Part shown: positions 26,061 to 36,952 of the stretch, piece by piece
Layout: the number at the start of each line of letters is the position of its first letter
Position numbering within the stretch: position 1 is the stretch's first letter
From: Bugula neritina
Taxonomy: Eukaryota > Animalia > Bryozoa
Assembly (NCBI GenBank): GCA_964035545.1
Contig: OZ037768.1
Span: 12,967,675 to 13,031,674, forward strand
DNA length: 64,000 nt
Reading direction: 5' to 3'
The notes under the pieces: generated by a model
Databases searched by the model: none
What the model saw: only the letters and a program-made list of their open reading frames with translations
Told to the model about the DNA's origin: nothing
Translations under genes and position numbers: made by a program

Positions 26061-28434
26061 CTTGGATGCACTATCCCACCGCTGCCACCACTGTTATGAT
26101 TTCCAGAATTAGGGTTGATATGCTATCCAGAGAGTCTATTTACTTGCTATAGAACTGCACCAGGATAAGTCGAGTGAATGAGTATATATTTTACACACAA
26201 TAATACATTATAAAAAAGATACAAATACATCTGACAATTTACACATCTAGTCTATTCAGCACTCTAACTTCGACTGAGTTAGCAGCGGGAAACTATAATT
26301 GCTGCTAACTATTAAACACGCTAATTGGCTATCCATTGTTCCGGGTCAATTACGCGACCCTACATGTTGTGCTGCTGGTAGCTCCACGAGCCACCACATT
26401 ATTACTAACATTATAGTGAGTGTTCCTAGATTCGAGAAAATATGACAATTCCACTTCTAGGTTATGTAGTTCAACAGTAAGCAGAACATTAACATGGCCA
26501 TTTACAATGTAGGTAATTTTTAATCATAAAAAGTAATGAAGCTAACATACATTGATCAAACTGACTCCAAAATGTTCATAATTTTGCTGAGCTATCTCAA
26601 GTTTAGCAGAATAATTCTCACCTTAGCCCTGCTGCCAGGGGAGACACCATATTTCTCCAGCAGAAGTAAGACTATTGCAGCTTGACCATGCTGAGCAGCT
26701 AGGTGCAGAGCTGTATGTCCATCATCATTTTTGAGTTCAGGCTTTGCACCTTTTTTTAGTAACATCCTAGTTACTGCCTGTTGATTGTTTTCAATGCTGA
26801 CATGGAGAGGCGTCAATCCATTCTACAAGCACCAGCATGCACTGTGTCTACATGTAACTCAAAATACTTCAGGAGAAAATTATACATCAGAAGTGAATTT
26901 CAGAAGAACATTTATTACCAGTCCTAATCAACATACACAATTATTTGTTTTTCTCAAGTGGAGGCACTGAATACACTAAATTGTTACCTTAGTCACAGAA
27001 TGGAATAGTTTTGAATGTTTTGGAAATGAACTTATCACATGTTCATTCCCCTCTTTTGCTGCTACATGCAGCAGGGAATAGTTATCTCTAACCTCAGCAT
27101 TCACATCAAATTCATGCTGCAACAGAAGCAGTACACTCTCTACACTACTCACTACTTCAACTCTTGTTGTTACATAATAAACAAACACTATTTGTATAGC
27201 TATACAGGTTCCTTAAAGCAAAGCACCATTTCTGAAATAGTCAAATAGGAACTTCAAGTCTTCTCAATTTAAAACTAAATGTAAAAGTGAAAATCATTGC
27301 AGTGTAGTTCTACAGTTACTCCAAACTCTTTAAGTTTAGAATGTGCTTACTGAAGATGGGTCTTCATTGTCCAGAGAAGAGGGTGTATGTAGTTGACTAC
27401 TACTGATCTCACTGTGATCAATAGATAGTTCCTCACTGTCAACCTCTATTTCAGATTCACTAGCTCGGCAACATACTAAAAGTGACAATACTGTCATGTA
27501 TAAACTCAGATATATTCATTTTACAATCTGATTCAAGGAACACTATGTGACTTGAATACCACTTCAAAATATCAAACACACCATTAGCCGATCTTCTAAT
27601 TTCATGCCTAGATCTTTACTAAATTTACTGTACCCTTTCGCCCAAAACAAAATAGTAGGTCACAAACTAATACTGTGATTTTGGTTCATCTTCATCCAAT
27701 GGGATTATATTCTGAAGATTGATGGGGATTTTACTGTGTGCAAACATTTGAAAGAAAATATTTGAACTTCTGCCAGATTGGCTATAATGATGGCAAGATG
27801 ATATGGTCAATTTTCCAAATAGTGATGCAGGCAGCTTTAATTAGCCAAGCTGAAAAGGATATGACAAACATTCATATGATGCAGTCACTATAAGAGTGTA
27901 CATACATGTAACTCATCAATATATTTATATTGGTACAAAATCAGCTAACCCTAAGTGACAAAGATATAAAATATTGTAGTTAGACAAGTTTGCAAATTAT
28001 TTAGCTTTTCATGTAAAACTTACCCAAATTGGTAATGGAGGCCCGAAAGCTTCTGAATAATTCTAATATCATTTTCGCAGTATAAGCATATTAACACTCA
28101 ACATAATATTAGGACAATAATGTTTTTAATAAAAATGTAGACTAATAATTATGATGTAAACAGTTTTTGTTGTGGGTAGTATTATGATTGTGATGTCATA
28201 CAACAATGGTATCCCAATTTAAATTTAGCAAATATTTAAATTTACTATTACACTAACTTCAATATCTGATTATTAGGACTTATAAGCAGCAATTGCAGGT
28301 TCTCCATATTTTACAAAGTTGTAAATAAATTGTTTTAAAAATAGTTTTTAATATATAAGTTAAGTAGCTGCAGGCCAATTGGCTCTAAGTGAATGCATTT
28401 TGAATAACTTTTTCACTGCAGGTTTTTAAAGTCT

Positions 28435-28450
28435 AATATATATATATATA

Positions 28451-28486
<36 letters not shown>

Positions 28487-28487
28487 A
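28435..28487. repeat. (TA)n microsatellite
   Basis: Directly visible. Confidence 0.9.
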
Positions 28488-29740
28488 CTGTGGCCAAGTT
28501 GAAAATATATGTGGCTCAAGGAAAATTTATTTTAGAGTTTGCTATTATACTGGTTAAGCAATGTAGAGACAAGCAATGGTAGCAATATGAGTAAAATCTA
28601 GGCTTGTTACTTTTGAGTGCAAAAATTTACCAAGCTTTAGCGACATCTTAAAAAAATTAGGTAAAAACAGTTTTTGACTTGCCTCTTCAATATGTATGCT
28701 CCACGAGTGTTGAAACTACAATGGCTGAATAATTATGTCAATACCACTTTTTTATTAAAAAAAAATCACAATTCTAATAAGTCAATAAGTTTTCACAATT
28801 TGACCGGCTTTTTGTACCCCTACGACTGTTGTACTCCCCTTCTCCTATTAAATTTTAATAACCTGTGAGAGAGTTATCTTCTCTCTACTATATTGACTGC
28901 TCTTACGAATCTCAAATAAAATTAAATTCTGTAAACCAAATTCAAACTTATGTCAGACTGCACTGGCTAGTCAAAAAGATACTTTATAATATTTCAGTTG
29001 CCTTTTCAGACTTGCAGGCCATTAATGTACCCCATGTAGTGCGGAGTAACTGTTACTCCTTGCTTTGCTGTTTTTAAATGAAAACCTGAAATATCGCTTT
29101 TCTTCCGTCTTTATATTAATCTTCAAATCTCAGTTCTGACATGAATAAATTTTTCAGTTGTTGGTGCAAGCAGTTAACTGGTCAGATTGGTTGTTGGCAA
29201 ATATTGAGAAACGAGGCTTTTGAAAATATATTAAAATCTTTTTGTTTATTTTTTCCATCTATCTCGGAATTAGTGCCACACTACTGAATCATTGATCAAT
29301 ACAAGATAAAAACATTTCCTAATCAATTTGCTTAAAAATGATGGCTTAACATAAGCTACAACCTCTACACTTCAATTTGAATCATTGAAATAAAACACGT
29401 TTTAACGTGTTAAGTTATGATGAGGATCAGCGTTGAGCAAAATAAAAGGACATAACACCCATTTACCACATAAAATATATCCCAAGATGCATTGGTAGAA
29501 CAGACAGTAAAAGTGCACTACATTAAAACATTATATAACATGCTAAGTAAGAGGTAGAAACAGATAACAGATACTTTCAGTTAGTTACCTAACATCAATA
29601 TTCTAGATTATCATAACACAATGTAAACTAACTATTAAGACAGTACATAAGACAGTACATATAAACAGCAATTGTCAGATTAGTATATACTTATGTAAAC
29701 TAGAGTCTAACTAGAATATTTAATGAACCGCATCAGGGAG

Positions 29741-29894
29741 TTACGTCTCCTTTGCTTTAGACATGTCCTCCAGTCTGTACTGGTTTCTGCTGAAAAAATC
29801 CTTGAAACTTGATGCGTATCGATTCTTCACAACAGCCAAAGTTGTCAACAGATTACCAGAACCAAGTTAAAGAAATGCCACTCAAAAATGGTAC
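29741..29894 (-). pseudogene. TMEM120: TMEM120-like terminal exon, frameshifted copy
   Basis: Paralogue of 54158-54310 with two 1-bp deletions in the transmembrane segment. Confidence 0.55.
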
Positions 29895-30887
29895 CTGAAG
29901 TGTACAATATACACGTATATTACAAATGATCAAATGCTCTGCATTGCATACAACTAGGTTGCAAGATATTTGTCTTTGTTTATCGCATAATAGTCGATAA
30001 ACATCTAATAAGAAATATTAGAGAAAAAGCTCTAGGTTACAATAAGATTGGTGTCTGTCCTGATTGGTGGTTACTAGTGGTGCCACTGCTGTCCATAGCT
30101 ACATGCCGATGTAGTCGAACTCACAATATAATAAACAGTATAGAATGAACCTTTTCGATTAATACCAATAATGATTGCACCACTAAAATCTATCACAGTA
30201 TATAGTTTTACAGTAAGTGATTCCAATAGACAATGGACACCATCTTAGGATAGCTAAGGTTGGCTATTGTTGTGAGTTTTAGCACAATTATCAAGCGTGG
30301 ATTGCCTGCGTATTTAGTTTCAATTTAACTAGCAACTACTAACAGAGCTTGTGTACGATAACCTTTATTTAATTCGATAAACATAATTATAACAGTATGT
30401 CAAAACCACAATACATCAATCAATTATAACACGTCTTACTACTACGAGCCCCTGCTCTCAACACACATGGTTTCTGCTAGCTAACCCGCGAACAGTCACT
30501 TGACCGGAACCTCGCCTTCCGGTCCTTCTGATTGGATAGTAAAACATAGTTATAAGTATTCCCATACAGGAGGGGACGAATCCATTATTATACTACGTAA
30601 TCCCATTACACCGCCCCCACCAGCAGAAAGACCTACTTTCTGATGAAAACAAAAATAGTATAAAAATGCAAAAATAACATAAGTCAAGAAAATCCACAAA
30701 GAGAAAGAAAAGAAATATCAAACGTACGACATATGTGATATACAAGTAAGATAACGAATGGCCAGCGTACAACTGGCCAGCTATAAAGAAAGAGTCTTGG
30801 ATCGTAGGTCATTAGTAGTCGAGCATTTACATGATCACAACAAAGTATCCCGGGAACATGCGGGGTGGAATTGCCAACTGCCAGCTC

Positions 30888-31913
30888 CTATTTTTGCAGG
30901 GACTGGATCCGGTGTCGTGCCTGCCGTGCACGTAGCCTACGCTTTAGGCGTCCTACTGAGCCCTTCAATTCACTAAGACCCATTGTAGTACTGAGTAAGT
31001 CGGGGGCCAACTGGGTGAATTCATCCTGCAGCCGCAGGAGTCTTTCTTCGACGGTTGCTAGTCGGGTAGGCCTGGTTGGGGTTGACGTCGCTTCTTTTGG
31101 AGAGTCTGATGCTTCCATGGGGGTATTGTCTAGCCGCGGTATGATTGCAGCGACCGTTTTCACCATAGGGGACTTCTGACGGGCGGCTGTTAGCAATGTA
31201 TAAAATCCGGAGGATAATGCGGCCCAGGTTAAAGCCTTCTCAACCACTGGTTTGACCGCTTCTAGGTATTGGTCGTAGTTGTCCGCGTCTACTACATAGC
31301 CCTCGCCCGCGAAACAGTCCATCATGTGAGCCAGGACAGGGTATGGGTACACGTCGTGAAATCTACACGGACAGAAACGTAGCAGAAAGTGTGCATTCAC
31401 ATGCAGCCGTAGTCCTTGGTGTGAGGGAAGCTCTTCGTAACACACATGGCAGGTATGTTGTGACCTACTCGGTCCCAAGGCTTCTTCAATTTGCGGCTCC
31501 GTTCGTCGCGACACCCATCTGTGTCTTCGACGCAGCACCGCGGGCAGTCCGTTGTCCGTTTCTGGTCCGTTATCCAAGGAGGAGAGAGAGTGTAGATCCT
31601 GTGACCTGTTGGTCGATCGAGTGTGATCTGCAAGAGTATAACAGTGTAAGAGGGTACACTGAGTACAACCGGCGTATACAGCCTGGTGGGTACTTAACTC
31701 AATTAGACACTCGTGAGACTCAGTTAATGAATAGTTGATGGAAAACACACACTGCTGTAACGGACTGTTCAGTCTTAGAGTCAATGTGAAGTCTCACCAC
31801 TAAAAATTATTACCGAGTCTCCAGCTTACTCTATTATAGTTAAGCTGATTAATACAGTTTAGCCCTCGTACCAAAAACATAACTAACTCACCTCTCAATT
31901 CCTGGCAAGCCAT
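30888..31913 (-). CDS. ORF3 of A2: spliced zinc-finger/coiled-coil protein (predicted 253 aa)
   Basis: Exon 1 31913-31892 (MACQELR G|GTGAGT), 264-nt intron, acceptor CTCTTGCAG|AT at 31627; CHVC-x12-HVNAH and CPC-x12-H-x3-C; PTRLATVEERLLRLQ shared with C. Confidence 0.75.
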
Positions 31914-31942
31914 TGTGAATGAGAGTGGTATGTTTATGATTT

Positions 31943-32898
31943 CTACGTATGTCTACTCAAAGCTGTATTAATGTGATGAAAGAGCGAGTAGCGTGGTTGT
32001 GAAACGTGACTATGACTTATTACCTCCGGCGTATAAATCTTATTTGAATTTCCGCCGAGGCAAAAGTTGATATTTTTGTGGTGCTCACAACTCCCACGCT
32101 CTGCTCTCTTCCCCTCACGACGCCTCGTAGGGCGTTTGACCGCGCCCTGAACGGAACGTGGTAAGTCCTTGCAATACGCGGGGCCTGGCTTAGGACACCG
32201 TTTCCGAGGTGTCGTCACTAACCAAGGCGGTTTACGCACCCGTGGACGGTCACGTCTCACAGGTGGTGCTTCCAGCCAATTTGTGACAAATGGAGCTTTC
32301 CCAGTACCTCCGCATGGAGCCCCTCCCTTGGGGGGTTTTTGCACTTCCAGGTCGGTTCCTGACCTAGGTGGTGGACGGTGTCCCGGGAGTGGCCGGGCAT
32401 AGTACAGGCACGTACTATCGGCTCTTCTCCCGTTAGGGGATTGCCAAACTTATCGACACAGGCGAGGTCCCTGCCGCCCATAATCATCGCAGATTTACCA
32501 AAATCAATGCGACCTCCGTGTCGTTGTAAGAATGGCATCCCAAGGATGGCGTCCTCCTGGAGTTGTCCTACTATGAACCTCTCCTGGATGGTCTGGTCAC
32601 AGACGCTCCCAGGGAGTTCAATGATACCGTAGAAGGGGATGCACGACCCGTCTGCCAGGGTGCCATGATCGCCTTCATACGGTTCCAACTCTGCGGTCCG
32701 TCGTTTGTCAAACCTGTTGCGGGGTGGCATTGAGAACACCGGCGTCGAGCGGCTTGCACAGCCTGCTTGCCATCCTGGTGGCCGTTCCGCGAGGTTTCGG
32801 ACGGGTGTCCGGCGTGGTAGACGCCACTGTGTCCTCTCTTGAGGTTTTAACGGCGGCCCGCCGGATGTGGGAGCATCCGCGGGCTGTCGTAGTTTAAC
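31943..32898 (-). pseudogene. pol: Pol remnant of A2 (partial protease plus integrase C-terminal tail)
   Basis: Equals A1 with two further deletions, junctions at ~32368 and ~32689; the protease DTG active site is lost. Confidence 0.85.
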
Positions 32899-33776
32899 CC
32901 TGGTTGAAGTCGGGGACAGTGTTTCTGGAAGTGTCCTGGTCTTCCGCACCCCCAGCAGGAGGGGCGTCCTCTACCAGGCGACTGCACCGGTGGCCCGTCA
33001 AGCTCACGGGTGGTGACTAGCTGGCTTTCCAAGGTGGAGACCAGTTCGGCTAGCATGTCAGTCATTTGTGCGACCTGTGATGCCACCGTCATCTGCGTCA
33101 CCTTGGCCACCACTGGAATTTCCGCGTGAGAAGCGGTAGGAGCAGCAGAGGGCTCCATGTCCACCTGACGAGAAGTCACACGGCTCCGGTGCAGCTGGCT
33201 GGCCAGAAGGTAAGCCTCCCCTTCTGCCAGCGCACCTTCGACCGTGGTGACTCCCCTCGCCAAGCGTTGGTGATGGAGTTCCAAGTCGTTGATGGACTGC
33301 ACGAAGGCATCATAGGCATACCTCTCACGGTTTACTTGCGGCAGATCGCGGAACGCAATCTGCGCCAGTCTCATAATCGTGGTAGCCTGCTCTTGTAGCG
33401 GCGTGTGAGGATCACGCCGTAGTCTTTGAAGACGGGCCCGCGCATCCACAGCGGAGATACCAAAACGGGCCCGCAAGGAAGCAAAGATGCCGTCAATGTC
33501 TGGTCCCACTCCGTATGGCTTGGCTTTGTCTGACAGCGCCATCCTGAGCTTGAGCAATGCTATTCTAGGTGGCCATTGTGCAACCTCCATTACATCTTTG
33601 AATTCCTGAACGAATTGCTCCACTGGCTCTTCACCTGAGAAGGTGGGTACCCTCAGCCGGTACTTCTCTTCGTAACATTCCCTATGTACTCGCACTTCTG
33701 GTTCTATAGGTATAGCAATGTTATCTTCCTCACCTTCATTCCTCTGAAGGGGTAGCTCTGTGCCTCTTTCTGTCAT
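32847..33776 (-). CDS. gag: Gag of A2
   Basis: 309 aa, near-identical to A1, CCHC present. Confidence 0.9.
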   Translation of the reverse strand: MTERGTELPLQRNEGEEDNIAIPIEPEVRVHRECYEEKYRLRVPTFSGEEPVEQFVQEFKDVMEVAQWPPRIALLKLRMALSDKAKPYGVGPDIDGIFASLRARFGISAVDARARLQRLRRDPHTPLQEQATTIMRLAQIAFRDLPQVNRERYAYDAFVQSINDLELHHQRLARGVTTVEGALAEGEAYLLASQLHRSRVTSRQVDMEPSAAPTASHAEIPVVAKVTQMTVASQVAQMTDMLAELVSTLESQLVTTRELDGPPVQSPGRGRPSCWGCGRPGHFQKHCPRLQPGLNYDSPRMLPHPAGRR

Positions 33777-35082
33777 CTTGAAATGCGCGAAATCCCACCG
33801 CTGCCACCACTGTTGTGAGTTTTAGCACAATTATTAAGCGTGGATTGCCTGCGTATTTAGTTTCAATTTAACTAGCAACTACTAACAGAGCTTGCGTACG
33901 ATAACCTTTATTTAATTCGATAAACATAATTATAACAGTATGTCAAAACCACAATACATCAATCAATTATAACACGTCTTACTACTACGAGCCCCTGCTC
34001 TCAACACACATGGTTTTGCTAGCTAACCCGCGAACAGTCACTTGACCGGAACCTTGCCTTCCGGTCCTTCTGATTGGATAGTAAAACATAGTTATAAGTA
34101 TTCCCATACAGGAGGGGACGAATCCATTATTATACTACGTAATCCCTTTACACTATTTATTGTATCTTTATAAACAGAAATAAAATTATTGTTGTTTGCT
34201 GAAGCACTGCTGAGTAAATTGCCTCACAACATTAATTCACTAGTATTTCTACAAGGTCAAATGTGCTTCCTATATTAATGAAAAACGAAAAATGAGAGAA
34301 GTTGAACTTGGACAACTCAAACGTAGACATGCAAAATTTGTCAATCAATCCAAAGTTTCCAGTCAAAATAATGATTCTAGCAAACCACCCAGTAAATAAA
34401 AATATTATACACCTCAAGGTATATGAGTAGAGTATTTTATTCATTTAGGCTAGATATACAAAAGGATGTTTGTACTAAAAAGAAGACGCTGATAGACATA
34501 AGGGTCAAGTCAATACAATGGAATTTCTTCCCAAACATAAAGCAGAAGTAAGCTTAATTCTTGCATTATCTGTCATAAAATCATCTACAGTCTTTTATTG
34601 TCATCAAAATGTTGCACTCTTCTAAGAGAATAAAGTTGGTGTAGCAGTGAATCTCAGTAAGTAAGATGAAAGTGTTGACTCAACTGCCAGAGCTGGTTGC
34701 ACCCACAAGACTGCCAGGGCTGGTTGCACCCACAAGACTGCCAAAGCTGGTTTATAGTCTACTTTTATGTCACCAGCCAAAAGTGAATCATTGTTTGATA
34801 ACTTTGATAGAGATGACTTTCATATACAGGTTACTTCTGCTTATAATCAATTATAGTAATTTATTGAGTTGGCTATATAACTCATAAATAGCATTATTGT
34901 AGCTTCTAGATACAGTTCGAGATTGTATAGAGTTGTAATAGATTCAACATAATTTACTAGTTACTATAGTCGCTGATTCTTTACCTTGCTTAATAAATAG
35001 GTCACAGTAATATGAGAGAAGAACTTTTGTAACTGAGCACATATTGAGGTTTCAATAAATGATCAAAACATATTATACTTGC

Positions 35083-35645
35083 TGTGATTGTACAATAAGG
35101 TCGAAATGATTTTCTTTTAGGTGAATGGTATGCAAGATATTGATTGTGAGACTGTAAAAAATTTGCCATTGGTTCATACTAACAATTTGAAGGTGACACC
35201 TCATATAGGGAAAGTCAGGTGGAAGTTAAGCTGTATCATCTATGTTGGTAATAACTATACTGGAAGTTTCAGCTACAAGCCGAGGTAATATAGAGCTTTA
35301 TGACAGTCAAAATAATTTACTAGAACTTTTCAAGTTCATTTTAGCATGAAGTGTCTATCCACGAGAACTTATACCCAGTGTGATTTTACAATAGCAATGC
35401 AATAATTTCCTTTTAGGTGTATGGTATGCAAGATAATGATTGTGAGACTGTTGAAGGTTTGCCATTGGTCCATACTAACAATCTAGCTGCAGGCGACACC
35501 TCATACAGGGAAAGTCAGGCGGGCTTCAAGCTGTATCACCTATGTTGGTAATAACCATACTGAAAGTCCCAGCTACAGGTCGAGATGATATAGTTGTATT
35601 CAAAATAATTTACTAGATTTTTTTCAAGTTTTTTTAGCATAAAGA
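35083..35645. repeat. Diverged ~296-bp tandem duplication
   Basis: Units start at ~35083 and ~35379; collapsed to one hybrid unit at ~4303-4570; related sequence on the opposite strand at ~17170-17295 and ~47160-47285. Confidence 0.75.
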
Positions 35646-36085
35646 TATATACAAAATTGGTAAGTTTTCCATGCTCCCACAACTTTGATGCAATGAGATA
35701 TAGAACATGTTTCTTGCGATAATATTGAGTATGGATATAGTACTATTGTGGTGGCTCGTGGAGCTACCAACAGCACAATACGCAGGGTCGCGTATTGACC
35801 CGGAACAATGTACTCAGCCAATTAGCGAAGCTGCTAGTGAGTAGCAGTAGTTAGCTTCGCGCTACTAGTCAGTTGTGAATAGTGTGATAAATTAAATAGA
35901 CGCGTAGATTTCTGGATATTCTGTACCGTTTTTATTATGTATCTTATACTCAAAATATACTCTTATTAACTCGATCTATCCTGGTGAAGTTCTCTGGCAA
36001 GTAAATAGACTCTCTTGATTACACATCAACCCTAATTCTGAAAAATACAACAGTGGTGGCAGCGGTGGGATAGTGTACATCAAAG

Positions 36086-36952
36086 ATGGAGACTGAAAAT
36101 GCTAGATTGCAGCCACCCCCAGTAGAAGGTGAGCGTAGAAATGATGTTATTCCTGTAGATCAGGTGGGAGAAGAGGCTTATCAATATCGCTTGAAAGCCC
36201 TCACCTTTACTGGGTCAAAAGATGTCAAACAGTTTATACAGGAGTTTAGAGAAGTAATGGATATTGCACAATGGCCACATAGAGTGGGCCTTATCCAGTT
36301 GCGGAGAGTGTTGGCGGAGCAAGCCAAGCCGTACGGAATGGGAACGAACGTAGACGGGATATTGGCTGCGTTGCGGGGCCGCTTTGGCATCTCCGCAATA
36401 GACGCCAGGACCCGGTTACAGAGATTGTGCCGCGCCCCGCAGATCTCGCTGCAAGAGCATGCCGCGACGGTGAAGAAGCTGGCACAAATTGCATATGGTG
36501 ACCTACCAGTACAACATCAAGAGCGTTACACCTACGACGCTTTTGTCCAGTCACTGAACGACCTGGGCCTACACCACCAACTACGAGCTAAAGGGATCAC
36601 CACGATAGAGAATGCCCTAAAGGCTGGAGAAGCTTATCTGTTGGCTATCCAAATGCATCGAGCGCAAGGGAACCCACCAGCAGTTGAAGTCAATGCTGCC
36701 AGAGCTACGGCGGGCCCCGAAGCTCCCCCCTTGGAAGCCGAAGTAGACCGTATGGTAGAGATGTTGGGACAGCTGGTAACGATTCTTGCCAGCGCTGGCC
36801 CCGGTCAGGACCTGCGGTTGCTCCCAGCACCTGCGGGGCCGGGCTGGTGTAAAGCTGGTCAAGACCATAGACAGCAAGGACGACCCCAACACCAGGGGGC
36901 GTTAAACTGTCACGGCCCGCGGACGCCCTTCCTCCCCGCGGGCCGAAACTGA
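36086..36952 (+). CDS. gag: Gag of B2
   Basis: 288 aa, near-identical to B1. Confidence 0.9.
   Translation: METENARLQPPPVEGERRNDVIPVDQVGEEAYQYRLKALTFTGSKDVKQFIQEFREVMDIAQWPHRVGLIQLRRVLAEQAKPYGMGTNVDGILAALRGRFGISAIDARTRLQRLCRAPQISLQEHAATVKKLAQIAYGDLPVQHQERYTYDAFVQSLNDLGLHHQLRAKGITTIENALKAGEAYLLAIQMHRAQGNPPAVEVNAARATAGPEAPPLEAEVDRMVEMLGQLVTILASAGPGQDLRLLPAPAGPGWCKAGQDHRQQGRPQHQGALNCHGPRTPFLPAGRN

Larger units (their letters stand above)
18951..26398 (-). mobile_element. Ty3/Gypsy LTR element family C (full length, pol disrupted) in an ankyrin intron
   Basis: 307-bp LTRs at 18951-19257 and 26092-26398 (about 6 differences); TSD TTAT; empty site with a single TTAT at 48951-48954 in the paralogous unit. 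Confidence 0.97.
15141..28072 (-). pseudogene. Mini-ankyrin (ANK repeats plus one ZU5) gene, copy 1; 1-bp frameshift in the ZU5 exon and element C in intron 4
   Basis: Exons 28072-28024, 27475-27351, 27116-26988, 26822-26622, 18858-18661, 18173-18081, (linker exons unresolved), 16565-16436, 15987-15776, 15610-15474 and 15265-15141; phases compatible within each block; A5 here versus A6 in copy 2 at ~15916-15920. Confidence 0.75.
30268..34152 (-). mobile_element. Ty3/Gypsy family A, copy A2 (3.9 kb, non-autonomous)
   Basis: LTRs at 30268-30610 and 33811-34152; TSD CTAT on both sides; PBS and PPT; gag and ORF3 intact; pol reduced to under 1 kb. Confidence 0.97.
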
